This document shows, piece after piece, positions 7,372-16,621 of a stretch of DNA of 20,778 bases (position 1 is its first letter; each line of letters starts with the position of its first letter). The translations under genes and the position numbers were made by a program. The notes beneath the pieces were generated by a model. The model was not told the DNA's origin. It worked only from the letters and a program-made list of their open reading frames with translations, and ran no database searches. This DNA is from Microcystaceae cyanobacterium (lineage in GTDB: Bacteria > Cyanobacteriota > Cyanobacteriia > Cyanobacteriales > Microcystaceae), in NCBI GenBank assembly GCA_041746575.1, contig JBGTGT010000015.1:1-20778 (forward strand), written 5' to 3'.

Positions 7372-8087
7372 AAGAATAGAGACCGAATAAAAAACTGAGG
7401 CAAAACCAGCATCCTGCGCCAACGCCAAGGCTCTTGGTACAAACGATATAACCATTCTAGATGATTCTCGCGTAACCATTTTGGTGCGCGATTTTTCATG
7501 CCCGACCAAATATCAAAACTGCCCCCCACCCCTATCCAAGTGGCATTCGGACAGAGATGACGGTGTTGTTGAATCCAAAATTCTTGACGAGGAACGCCCA
7601 AACCCACCAAAATTAAGCGAGGTTGGGTAGATTCGAGCTTTGTCAACCATTTTTCTTGCTCTTCTGGGGAAAGATAGCCATGGTTGGCAATAATCACCAT
7701 ATTTGGGACTTTTTTTTGCCAGTTTTGCACGGCAGTTGCCATCACATCGGGTTTTCCACCATAAAAAGCAACCAGGTTGCCCTGTTGTCCTACTTTTTCA
7801 ATCACCGAAGCGGCCAATTCGATTCCGGGACAACGTTTCTGTTGATATCCTCGCAAGCGTAAATAAATAACTACTCCTGCACCATCAGGGACAACTAACT
7901 CCGCTTTTCTGATGATTTCAGCAATTTTTGGTTCTTTCTCTGCTAAAGTCGCCATTTCTGCATTAAGAGTCACCACATGAGTTCCTTGGTGATGGTCAAT
8001 CCGTTCCTTTAACCAATCGGTATAATTGGGCAAGAGATGAAGCGGTAGCTTTAAAACAGAGGCAATTTTGGGCGAGTTTAGCATCAT
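7368..8087 (-). CDS. WecB/TagA/CpsF family glycosyltransferase
   Basis: Motifs VVTLNAE, VPDGAGV, R.PGIEL, VGLGVPRQE, IGVGGSFD..SG, RAP.W, LEWLYRL.QEPWRWRR. Confidence 0.95.
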   Translation of the reverse strand: MMLNSPKIASVLKLPLHLLPNYTDWLKERIDHHQGTHVVTLNAEMATLAEKEPKIAEIIRKAELVVPDGAGVVIYLRLRGYQQKRCPGIELAASVIEKVGQQGNLVAFYGGKPDVMATAVQNWQKKVPNMVIIANHGYLSPEEQEKWLTKLESTQPRLILVGLGVPRQEFWIQQHRHLCPNATWIGVGGSFDIWSGMKNRAPKWLRENHLEWLYRLYQEPWRWRRMLVLPQFFIRSLFF

Positions 8088-8128
8088 AGGGTCTTATCAA
8101 TTAATTTTAGAGTTGAAAATGCTAAGTG

Positions 8129-8548
8129 TCATGATAAATCCTGCTCGCTGGTTACTGATATAACCGCAATACAGTCAATTTCCACTAAAACATCCTTGGG
8201 AAGACGGGAAACTTCCACACAGGCTCTTGCTGGAGCAGTTTCTTCTGGGAAATATTGGGCATAGACTTGATTCATAGGAGTGAAATTAGTTAAATCACTG
8301 AGAAAAACAGTTGTTTTGACGACACTTTCCCAGTCAACATTTGCCTCTTTTAAAATTGCGTTTAAATTCTCCATTACTTGCTTAGTTTGGGCGGTGATAT
8401 CCCCGTGTCCGACGATTTCACCCGTTTGAGAATTGAGCGGAATTTGTCCTGCCACAAATAAAAATTGTCCCTTTGCCAAAATTGCTTGATTATAAGGTCC
8501 AACTGGAGCAGGGGCGTTATCAGTGCGAATAACGTGCTTAGAAACCAT
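8129..8548 (-). CDS. ridA: RidA / YjgF-YER057c-UK114 family reactive imine deaminase
   Basis: Motifs [51 protein letters not shown]. Confidence 0.92.
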   Translation of the reverse strand: MVSKHVIRTDNAPAPVGPYNQAILAKGQFLFVAGQIPLNSQTGEIVGHGDITAQTKQVMENLNAILKEANVDWESVVKTTVFLSDLTNFTPMNQVYAQYFPEETAPARACVEVSRLPKDVLVEIDCIAVISVTSEQDLS

Positions 8549-8553
8549 CGAAT

Positions 8554-8976
8554 TTACACTCCATTAAGGTGAATCACAAGTTCTCGTCGCTGACTTCGTT
8601 GTCGATGTTCCCAAAGATAAATTCCTTGCCATGTTCCCAAAACTAAGCGACCCTGAGAAACAGGGATGAGTAAGCTGGTTTGGGTGAGAACCGAACGAAT
8701 ATGAGCCGGCATATCGTCTGCGCCTTCGGTACGATGAAGATATAAACTAGAATTTTCTGGCACCAGTTGGGCAAAAAAATGGCTTAAGTCTTGTAAAACA
8801 TCTGGATCAGCATTTTCTTGAATAATTAAGGATGCAGAAGTATGACGAATAAAAACTGTACATAAACCTATTTCGATTCCCGATTCTGTCACAATAGATT
8901 CGACTTTGCCAGTAACATTCTGAAAATTTTTGCCTGTCGTTGAAATGACTAAAGTACGCTGGTAATGCTGACTCAT
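8554..8976 (-). CDS. yjbQ: YjbQ / UPF0047 family protein (secondary thiamine-phosphate synthase)
   Basis: Motifs [39 protein letters not shown]. Start moved to ATG 8976 (MSQHYQ), giving the family-typical ~140 aa. Confidence 0.9.
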   Translation of the reverse strand: MSQHYQRTLVISTTGKNFQNVTGKVESIVTESGIEIGLCTVFIRHTSASLIIQENADPDVLQDLSHFFAQLVPENSSLYLHRTEGADDMPAHIRSVLTQTSLLIPVSQGRLVLGTWQGIYLWEHRQRSQRRELVIHLNGV

Positions 8977-9089
8977 TATTTCTCTAACGATAAGGACAAA
9001 CTTTATTATAGATGATGAACGGAGATCAGTAACCGATAAACTGTTATTTATCCAATTCTTAAAATTTATAGAAAAAGGAGTCAAATACC

Positions 9090-10436
9090 TTGATATCTTC
9101 TCAACAAGATCTTCATATTAAACAAGCTCAAGCCAGTTTGCAACAAGCATTATCTTGGTACGCGAGTTTTCGCCGCCATTGGAATTATCCGCCTAATCCT
9201 GAATTACAGGCGGCCGTTCGGGAGGATATTCAAAGCCTCAAATCTGCCTTAGAAAAACTAGAACAAAATGAAATAAAAATTGCTACTTTTGGCTTAGTCA
9301 GTCGAGGAAAATCAGCAGTAATTAATGGATTATTAGGACAAAAAATATTACCCACTGGGCCGCTTCATGGGGTGACAAAATGGCCGAAATCGGTGGGTTG
9401 GATGCCGCCGAGTGGCAAGATAAAAATTGAGTTTATCGACACACCTGGATTAGATGAAATTGGAGGTCAAGCGCGAGAGGAAATGGCGCAAGAAGTGGCA
9501 AAAACCGCCGATTTGATTTTATTTGTGGTGACGGGAGATATCACTCAAACGGAATATCAAGCATTAGTCGAATTGAGACAGCATCAGAAACCGTTAGTCT
9601 TAGTTTTTAATAAAATTGATCTCTATCCTGAGCAAGATAAAGCAACAATTTATCAGCAACTTCAAGCTTTAGGGCAAAGAACAAATCTACGCTTTGCTCC
9701 CGATGAAATTGTTCGTGTGGCGGCAGAGCCTCAACCGATTCCTATTCGCACTGAATATCCAGAAGGAAGGGTGGAGGAAAACTGGGAAACGTTACCGCCC
9801 CAAATTCATGAACTTCAGGAGATTATTCTAAAAATTTTAAACCGAGAGGGGAAATCTTTATTAGCTATTAATAGTTTATTGCAGGCAAAAAAAGCAGAAG
9901 TAAATATTGCTAAAACGACACTTCAAGTGCGAGCAGAGGAAGCTGAAGCAGTGATCTGGAATTATGCTAAATATAAAGCGTTAGCCGTCGCTTTAAATCC
10001 CATTGCTATTATTGATATTGTAGGGGGATTTATGGCAGATTTGTCTTTGATTCGCTCTTTAGCTCGTTTATATGGATTACCAATTACTAGTTTTGAGGCG
10101 GGGACATTATGGCGTAAAATTTTAATCAGTTCAGGAGGATTATTATTAGGAGAAATGTTGACCGCTTTTGTATTAGGATTCGGCAAAACCTCTAGTATGG
10201 CTTTTAGTATTTTTGAAAGTCCGACCGCTTTAAGTTCTTACGCCAGTTTAACGCTATTACAGGGTTCAATTGCAGGATATAGTGCTTATATTATTGGCAA
10301 AGCGGCACAACAATATTTAGAAAAAGGGTGCAGTTGGGGTCCTTTAGGGGCAAGTACCGTTATTCAAACGATTTTAAATGAGGTTGATTCTGATACAATT
10401 ATTAGTCGATTACAAAATCCCTTATCTCCTTACTGA
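9090..10436 (+). CDS. GTP-binding protein with C-terminal DUF697 (YcjF-like) domain
   Basis: G1 GLVSRGKS, G3 DTPG and G4 NKID. C-terminal hydrophobic region with AVALNPI..ID, LARLYG, AGY..YIIG and SWG..G. TTG start is uncertain. Confidence 0.88.
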   Translation: MISSQQDLHIKQAQASLQQALSWYASFRRHWNYPPNPELQAAVREDIQSLKSALEKLEQNEIKIATFGLVSRGKSAVINGLLGQKILPTGPLHGVTKWPKSVGWMPPSGKIKIEFIDTPGLDEIGGQAREEMAQEVAKTADLILFVVTGDITQTEYQALVELRQHQKPLVLVFNKIDLYPEQDKATIYQQLQALGQRTNLRFAPDEIVRVAAEPQPIPIRTEYPEGRVEENWETLPPQIHELQEIILKILNREGKSLLAINSLLQAKKAEVNIAKTTLQVRAEEAEAVIWNYAKYKALAVALNPIAIIDIVGGFMADLSLIRSLARLYGLPITSFEAGTLWRKILISSGGLLLGEMLTAFVLGFGKTSSMAFSIFESPTALSSYASLTLLQGSIAGYSAYIIGKAAQQYLEKGCSWGPLGASTVIQTILNEVDSDTIISRLQNPLSPY

Positions 10437-10509
10437 TGACTTAAGTTTTGAAAATAAAAGTTTTGTTGATTTTTTGCTAAAATTGTTGAACAAATAAGGA
10501 TAATTAATA

Positions 10510-10839
10510 ATGATTCATAAAGTTTTAATTTTATTTTTGGCGTTATTTTTCTGGCTTCATTCTTCGATTCTACCTGTATCTGCCAGTCCAGATGTACCCA
10601 AACTGTTTGAGGTCAATTGTGCTGGATGTCATCCCCATGGAGGGAATATTATTCGACGGGGAAAAACATTAAAACAGAAAGCCCTTAAACGTTATAATAT
10701 GGATTCTCAAGAAGCTATTATGGCGATTATTGCTCAGGGCAAAAATAATATGTCTGCTTTTGGCGATCGCTTGACGGAATCTGAAATATCTGCTATTGCT
10801 AGTTATGTCTTAGAGAAGGCAGAAACAAACTGGCGATAA
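10510..10839 (+). CDS. petJ2: Cytochrome c6-like protein, probably the c6C (PetJ2) type
   Basis: Signal peptide, CAGCH haem motif, GGNIIRRGKTLK, axial Met in GKNNMSAF, C-terminal W. AAGGA RBS at 10496-10500. Ile replaces the Gln conserved in true c6. Confidence 0.8.
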   Translation: MIHKVLILFLALFFWLHSSILPVSASPDVPKLFEVNCAGCHPHGGNIIRRGKTLKQKALKRYNMDSQEAIMAIIAQGKNNMSAFGDRLTESEISAIASYVLEKAETNWR

Positions 10840-10876
10840 TTATTAATTTATTAACCCTTATTGAGGTGTGTTTTTG

Positions 10877-11269
10877 ATGTCTGCTTATTCCTATTCAAGT
10901 TTAGTCACTGTCGTTGCTTTGCTCACTTATCTTATTTTAACGATCAATGTGGGAATTGCGCGGAGAAAATATAAAGTTTCTGTGCCTCAAATGGCAGGAG
11001 AGCCAAATTTTGAGAGAGTTTTAAGAGTTCAACAAAATACCTTAGAGCAATTAATTTTATTTCTACCTTCGCTTTGGTTATTCTCTTTTTATATTAACCC
11101 TATGTGGGGTGCAATCATTGGTAGCGTTTGGATTCTTGGCCGTATTGTTTATGCGTGGGGATATTATCAAGCCGTAGAGAAAAGAGGCATCGGTTTTGCT
11201 GTTAGTTCTTTGAGCAGTTCTGTGTTATTGTTGGGAGCATTATTTGGTATTATTCGTCCTTTTTTTTAA
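10877..11269 (+). CDS. MAPEG family membrane protein
   Basis: Motifs VG.ARRKYKV..P...G...FERVLRVQQNTLEQ and W..GR..YA.GY. ATG 10877 follows a GAGG RBS at 10863-10866 and is preferred over GTG 10868. Confidence 0.92.
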   Translation: MSAYSYSSLVTVVALLTYLILTINVGIARRKYKVSVPQMAGEPNFERVLRVQQNTLEQLILFLPSLWLFSFYINPMWGAIIGSVWILGRIVYAWGYYQAVEKRGIGFAVSSLSSSVLLLGALFGIIRPFF

Positions 11270-11309
11270 ATAAAAATTATTAACTTTAATTTTTTTGAAT
11301 CACTGAGCT

Positions 11310-12185
11310 ATGATAATCCCAATAAAACAAACTTTTAAACAGAGTATCACCTCCTTATTAGATAGTAATTATGCTATGTCTATGGCGTGGCGAGCTTATT
11401 TAATTGAAAGACTACTTGATCGTTGCCTTTTTATTGTTTATTCTGATGGTAAAGTCGGCTCAACGACATTAACTGTTTCTCTTAAAAAAAATTATCCTAA
11501 TCAATTTGTTTTTCACATTCATCGTTTAACTGAAGCGTCAATCGCTGAAATTGAGAATTATTATCAACAAAATAAGACAAAGCCTAGTCAAATTCCTGAT
11601 AATGTAGTTCAAAGTAAATTTCTTCATCAAAACTTAGCAACGCTTTTTAACACCCATAAGCTGTGCTTTTTTTCTTTAGTTCGTGATCCCATTGCCGCTC
11701 TTGTTTCTGAGTATTGTGAGAATTATCCTTACGCTCAAAAAAGCTTAGTGAAGTCGGAAGATGAAATTGCAACCGAAATGATCCAAACCCTCTTTGATCT
11801 TTTCAAATCTGATAAAATACAATCGAGATTAAACTGGTTTGATTGGGAATTAAAACAAGCGTTAGACTTTGATATTTATACAGAAACCTTTGAGAAAGAG
11901 AAAGGATATCATATTTATTCAGTTAAAAATCTTTTAATCTTGAAACTGGAAATGTTAAATACTCAGATAACCTCCGCGATGAAAGTGTTCTTAGGTTGTC
12001 ATGAGTTTTTTTTAGAAAAGGGCAATCAAGCGGAAGTATCGAGTTATCATCATATTTATCAAAAAGTAAAGCAGGCGATTAAACTTCCTGCCGAAACATT
12101 GGATAAAATTTACACTTCAAAGTATGTACAGTATTTTTATCAAGATGACGAAATTCAAATTTTTAGACAGCGATGGCAACAATAA
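11310..12185 (+). CDS. Putative capsular polysaccharide synthesis family protein (NKWYS-like, sulfotransferase-like fold)
   Basis: GKVGSTTL resembles the 5'-phosphosulfate-binding loop and LVRDPIA..VS the 3'-phosphate-binding motif. Also H.H.L, WFD.E, KGY, L.LE.L, IY.SKY...FY...E and a terminal W. Confidence 0.75.
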   Translation: MIIPIKQTFKQSITSLLDSNYAMSMAWRAYLIERLLDRCLFIVYSDGKVGSTTLTVSLKKNYPNQFVFHIHRLTEASIAEIENYYQQNKTKPSQIPDNVVQSKFLHQNLATLFNTHKLCFFSLVRDPIAALVSEYCENYPYAQKSLVKSEDEIATEMIQTLFDLFKSDKIQSRLNWFDWELKQALDFDIYTETFEKEKGYHIYSVKNLLILKLEMLNTQITSAMKVFLGCHEFFLEKGNQAEVSSYHHIYQKVKQAIKLPAETLDKIYTSKYVQYFYQDDEIQIFRQRWQQ

Positions 12186-12350
12186 CGTTTGTATTCTGTC
12201 TTTCACCCATTCATTCCTAACGACTTTTTGGAAAGTACCGCTTCGAGTAAAACGCCTTTTATTTATCTGACGAATAGAGGAACAGCCTTTTTATCTCAAG
12301 CGTCACTCAGAGGTGATAAGGTGATAAACAAATTCTTCACGAGTGACTCA

Positions 12351-13514
12351 ATGATGGTGTGGCGATACCTCATTCCTTTCTATGATCCCGATGCCTCAAC
12401 GTGGACGGCAGAAGCTCGCTTATTGCGTTGGTTGACCTTTGTTTGGCTTTGTATTGGCTTAATTACCTTATTTTCTGCCTCTTATCCTGTAGCAGATGTC
12501 GAACAAGGCGACGGACTCTATTATTTTAAGCGACAATTAATTTGGTTAATCTTGGGCTTTTTAGGCTTTAATGTTATTGTGCGATCGCCCCTTAAAACCT
12601 TTCTTAAACTGGCACCTTGGGGCTTATTCGGCTCTTTTTTCCTGATTTTAGCGACTCATCTTCCCGGATTAGGCACAGAAGTCAATGGAGCGACTCGTTG
12701 GATTGGTATTGGACCTTTATTATTACAACCGTCGGAAATCCTTAAACCCTTTCTAATATTACAAAGTGCGCAGGTTTTTGGGGATTGGGATCGCTATAAT
12801 TGGAATTTTCGCTTAACGTGGGTAGGTATTTTTGCTGTTGTTTTAGTGAGTATCCTCCTTCAACCGAATTTAAGTACCACTGCTCTTTGTGGCATGAGCT
12901 TATGGTTAATTGCCCTCGCTTCAGGGTTACCCTTACGTTATCTCAGTTTAACGGCGATCGCTGGGGTGGGAACTGCCGTTTTAAGTATTAGTATCAAAGA
13001 ATATCAACGCTTACGGATTATTTCCTTTCTTGATCCTTGGGCAGATCCGATGGGTAATGGTTATCAATTGGTGCAAAGTCTCTTGGCAATTGGTTCTGGG
13101 GGATTATGGGGGACAGGTTACGGTTTATCGCAACAAAAACTATTTTACCTACCGATTCAATATACAGACTTCATCTTTTCGGTTTATGCTGAAGAATTTG
13201 GCTTAATTGGTAGTCTGCTTTTGCTAATTTTACTCTTCTGTTATGCCACCCTAGCGTTAAGAGTGGCGATGCGGTGTCGTCATCGGGTAAAACGATTAGT
13301 AGCCATTGGCGTAATGGTCGTTTTGGTGGGACAATCGTTACTAAATATTGGTGTGGCGACAGGCTCGTTACCTACCACCGGATTACCTCTTCCTTTCTTT
13401 AGTTATGGTGGCAGTTCAACCTTAGCCAGTTTAGCACTCGCCGCTTTACTGATTCGGGTAGCACGGGAAAAATCAGACGAAAATATCGTTCCTATGGCAA
13501 AATATCAGCATTGA
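12351..13514 (+). CDS. ftsW: SEDS family peptidoglycan glycosyltransferase FtsW
   Basis: Cyanobacterial N-terminus LIPF.D..W..EARLLRWLT. Motifs LFSASY, NGATRWI, QPSE..K, QPNLST, GYQLVQS..AIGSGG, LP...TDFIF...EE.G and G.LPTTG.PLP..SYGG. The TTG start at 12189 is probably too far upstream. Confidence 0.9.
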   Translation: MMVWRYLIPFYDPDASTWTAEARLLRWLTFVWLCIGLITLFSASYPVADVEQGDGLYYFKRQLIWLILGFLGFNVIVRSPLKTFLKLAPWGLFGSFFLILATHLPGLGTEVNGATRWIGIGPLLLQPSEILKPFLILQSAQVFGDWDRYNWNFRLTWVGIFAVVLVSILLQPNLSTTALCGMSLWLIALASGLPLRYLSLTAIAGVGTAVLSISIKEYQRLRIISFLDPWADPMGNGYQLVQSLLAIGSGGLWGTGYGLSQQKLFYLPIQYTDFIFSVYAEEFGLIGSLLLLILLFCYATLALRVAMRCRHRVKRLVAIGVMVVLVGQSLLNIGVATGSLPTTGLPLPFFSYGGSSTLASLALAALLIRVAREKSDENIVPMAKYQH

Positions 13515-13587
13515 AGAAGGCAGATACAGTGTTTTTGGTTTCCGAATATGAGTTTAAAATTGAAACTTTACGACATGACACTCAGTA

Positions 13588-13642
13588 GTGACATACCCGC
13601 CGCTAAATCGGGAGACTTCTCACCGAAGGGGGTTAAAGTCAA
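13588..13642 (-). mobile_element. Possible degenerate IS200/IS605-type end (hairpin remnant)
   Basis: Minus strand reads ...A-GAAG-TCTCCCGATTTAGCGGCGGGTATG-TCAC, i.e. guide / imperfect hairpin / terminal tetranucleotide. GC-rich patch within an AT-rich spacer. Confidence 0.4.
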
Positions 13643-13686
13643 GACGTTTTGCTCTCTTTTTTGATTGCCGACTTCAGAAAACCGAA

Positions 13687-13740
13687 TTGACATCAGAGAC
13701 AATTATGAGATAATAATGAAATATGAAACAATTGTGAAAA
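13687..13740 (+). promoter_or_regulatory. mntCAB promoter with ManR-like direct-repeat operators
   Basis: TTGACA (13687-13692)-N16-GATAAT (13709-13714). Two repeat pairs with 11-bp period: TATGAGAT-AAT-AATGAAAT (13704-13722) and TATGAAAC-AAT-TGTGAAAA (13722-13740). These resemble the (T/A)ATGA(G/A)A-type ManR site. Confidence 0.65.
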
Positions 13741-13758
13741 GCAGTTGGCGATTTCCCA

Positions 13759-14727
13759 ATGATCCCACAATTCGATCTCACAAATTTAGTATTAGCGATC
13801 GCTATCATCGGAGGAATAGGATTAACCGGTTGCACGTCAACCAAAGTTAGATCCCCTTCTTCATTGGATTTAACAGCTAATCAGCCAGAAAATGCCAAAG
13901 AAAAGAAAAAAGTATTGACAACCTTTACCGTTTTAGCAGATATGGCTCAAAAGGTAGCCGGTGATAAGCTGAGGGTAGAGTCTATTACCCGTGTTGGGGC
14001 AGAAATTCATGGTTATGAACCCACTCCTAGCGATATCGTTAAAGGACAGGATGCTGATTTGATTTTGTATAATGGCTTGAATTTGGAAAGCTGGTTTGAA
14101 CCGTTTTTAGGAAATGTCAAAAATGTGCCTTCTGTCTTGTTAACTAAGGGAATTGAACCCATCTCCATTACTGAAGGTGTTTATCGTAATAAACCCAATC
14201 CTCACGCTTGGATGTCGCCCCAGAATGCTTTAATCTATGTTGAGAATATTCGTCAAGCCTTTATCAAACTTGATCCTCAAAATGCAGAAACGTACAATGC
14301 CAATGCAAAAGCTTACAGTGAGAAATTAAAAGCCATCGATCAAAAACTAAGAAAAGATATGCAGAAAATACCTGAAAAAAAACGTTATTTAGTCAGTTGT
14401 GAAGGGGCGTTTTCCTATCTGGTGCGAGATTATGGCATGAAAGAGATTTATTTATGGCCGATTAATGCAGAACAGCAATTTACACCAAAACAGCTTAAAA
14501 TCGTCATTGATAAGGTAAAAACGCAAAATATTCCCACTATTTTCTGCGAAAGTACCGTCAGCGATAAAGGGCAAAAAGAAGTCGCCAAGACCACAGGAGC
14601 GCAATTTGGCGGAAATCTTTATGTAGATTCGCTTTCTACGGCAGAAGGAGCCGTTCCCACCTATTTAGATCTACTAGAATACGACATTCGCACAATTACG
14701 AAGGGTTTATTATCTGTAAACCATTAA
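13759..14727 (+). CDS. mntC: Mn ABC transporter substrate-binding lipoprotein
   Basis: Lipobox LTG|C. His/His/Glu/Asp ligand set (EIHGYEP, NPHAW, SCEGAF, YVDSL). Cys pair (SCEG/FCES) as in cyanobacterial MntC. Confidence 0.88.
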   Translation: MIPQFDLTNLVLAIAIIGGIGLTGCTSTKVRSPSSLDLTANQPENAKEKKKVLTTFTVLADMAQKVAGDKLRVESITRVGAEIHGYEPTPSDIVKGQDADLILYNGLNLESWFEPFLGNVKNVPSVLLTKGIEPISITEGVYRNKPNPHAWMSPQNALIYVENIRQAFIKLDPQNAETYNANAKAYSEKLKAIDQKLRKDMQKIPEKKRYLVSCEGAFSYLVRDYGMKEIYLWPINAEQQFTPKQLKIVIDKVKTQNIPTIFCESTVSDKGQKEVAKTTGAQFGGNLYVDSLSTAEGAVPTYLDLLEYDIRTITKGLLSVNH

Positions 14728-14792
14728 ATGTAGAAAGGCAAGATTTGCACCAAAACCCATTACGTTACCCTTATTGATCATTACTCACGACT

Positions 14793-15572
14793 ATGGAAAC
14801 TATTACTCAATCGTTCAATATTACCGTCAATAACCTAAGCGTTACCTATAATAATGCCCGATTAGCTCTTTATAATGCCAGTTGTATCGTGAAATCAGGA
14901 AAAATTACTGCTTTAGTTGGTCCTAATGGGGGAGGCAAATCCACTTTATTTAAGTCGATGATGGGTTTTTTAAAGCCCAGTGAGGGAAAAATCGCTATTG
15001 GTAACTTTTCGGTGCAAAAAGCGCAAAAAAACCAACTGATGGCTTATGTTCCTCAGTCAGACGACGTAGATTGGAACTTTCCTGTTAGTGTCTTCGATGT
15101 AGTGATGATGGGGCGTTACGGTTACATGAATCTGTTACGGATTCCCTCAGCGAAAGATCGTCGTCTAGTGATGGAAAGCTTAGAAAGAGTGGGGATGAGT
15201 GACTATCGCCATCGACAAATTGGAGAACTCTCAGGAGGACAAAAAAAACGGGCATTTTTAGCGCGCGCTTTGGCACAAGAAGGCAAAGTAATTTTACTTG
15301 ATGAACCTTTTACAGGGGTAGATGTAAAGACGGAAAAAGGCATGATTGACTTATTAATGCAGTTACGGGATGAAAAAAACACGATTTTGCTTTCTACCCA
15401 CGATTTAGCGTCTATTTCAACTTTTTGCGATCGCATTATTCTCCTTAATCGTACCATTCTCGCTGAAGGAACAACCGCAGAAACCTTTACGGAGGAAAAC
15501 CTCACAATGACGTTTGGGGGGTTACCGATTAACCGTCTTCGTGGGAATTCGATTTATAAAAAGACCTATTAA
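14793..15572 (+). CDS. mntA: Mn ABC transporter ATP-binding protein
   Basis: Walker A GPNGGGKST, YVPQ...DWNFP, signature LSGGQKKR, Walker B ILLDEPF, H-loop STHDL. Confidence 0.9.
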   Translation: METITQSFNITVNNLSVTYNNARLALYNASCIVKSGKITALVGPNGGGKSTLFKSMMGFLKPSEGKIAIGNFSVQKAQKNQLMAYVPQSDDVDWNFPVSVFDVVMMGRYGYMNLLRIPSAKDRRLVMESLERVGMSDYRHRQIGELSGGQKKRAFLARALAQEGKVILLDEPFTGVDVKTEKGMIDLLMQLRDEKNTILLSTHDLASISTFCDRIILLNRTILAEGTTAETFTEENLTMTFGGLPINRLRGNSIYKKTY

Positions 15573-15640
15573 TGAAAGTGTATTATAGGGGCGCGTATGT
15601 TTTTGTTTATTATAAAGAAATAAGAAGGAAAAGTTGAAAA

Positions 15641-16540
15641 ATGAAAGCCCTGTATCTTAGTGCAACGATTTCGCTATGGAATTGGTTTATTGAACCGTTA
15701 CAATATGAGTTTTTAGTCAAAGCGATTGGAGTAAGTGCCTTTGTTGGCTTAGTTTGTGCGGTTTTATCCTGTTATATTACTCTCAAAGGATGGTCATTAA
15801 TGGGGGATGCCGTTTCCCATGCGGTTGTACCGGGGGTGGTGGTATCTTATGCTTTAAATATTCCCTTTGCGATTGGGGCATTTATTTTTGGCTTTGGAGC
15901 AACGGTTGCCATTGGATTTATAAAAGCAAAAACCCGTTTGAAGGAGGATACGGTAATTGGAGTAGTATTTACAGGATTTTTTGCCTTGGGTTTAGTCTTA
16001 GTCACTAAAATTCCCAGTAATATCGATTTATTTCATATTCTTTTTGGCAATGTGCTAGGTATTTCTCAATCGGATATGATTCAAACGTTGATAGCAGGAA
16101 CAATTACCCTTGTAGTGATTCTCTTACGGCGGAAAGACCTATTATTATTTTGTTTTGACCCAAATCACGCTAAAGCGATCGGTTTAAGTACCGCTTTTAT
16201 GTATTATACTTTGCTTTCTGTTCTTGCTCTTACTATTGTTACGGCATTACAAACAGCAGGAATTATTTTGGTGATTGCCATGTTAGTCACCCCCGGTGCC
16301 ATTGCCTATCTCTTAACGGATCGTTTTGATTATATGCTGTTAATTTCAGTCATCAGTAGCGTTTTTTCAAGTATTTTTGGCACTTATCTTAGCTATCATT
16401 TAGATGTCTCCACAGGAGGCTGTATTGTCCTGTCGCTTACCTTTTTGTTTATCATTGTCATGTTTTTTGCCCCTAAATACGGTATTTTGATACAACAGTC
16501 TCACAAAGATTTGAATACAATTAACGATCATCAGTTATAA
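15641..16540 (+). CDS. mntB: Mn ABC transporter permease (ABC-3 family)
   Basis: Motifs SLMGDAVSHAVVPG, DTVIG..F...FALG, LFG.VLG, FD...AKAIG, G.ILV.A.L..P. Multiple TM helices. Confidence 0.9.
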   Translation: MKALYLSATISLWNWFIEPLQYEFLVKAIGVSAFVGLVCAVLSCYITLKGWSLMGDAVSHAVVPGVVVSYALNIPFAIGAFIFGFGATVAIGFIKAKTRLKEDTVIGVVFTGFFALGLVLVTKIPSNIDLFHILFGNVLGISQSDMIQTLIAGTITLVVILLRRKDLLLFCFDPNHAKAIGLSTAFMYYTLLSVLALTIVTALQTAGIILVIAMLVTPGAIAYLLTDRFDYMLLISVISSVFSSIFGTYLSYHLDVSTGGCIVLSLTFLFIIVMFFAPKYGILIQQSHKDLNTINDHQL

Positions 16541-16621
16541 AAAGATGTGAGGTTTATTTGAATTAAAAAGATAAAATGTATAGCGTTATTATCCTAAATT
16601 CATCTATTAACTATTAACGAT

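Noticed and set aside
12189..12350. 54-aa N-terminal extension of FtsW (likewise the 36-aa extension of YjbQ at 8977-9084)
   Set aside because: Likely artefacts of longest-ORF calling from TTG starts. Family similarity begins at the downstream ATGs.
16604..16617. CTATTAA x2 (also AACTGAAT x2 near 19446)
   Set aside because: Only two copies in AT-rich DNA, too few to call a short tandem repeat array.
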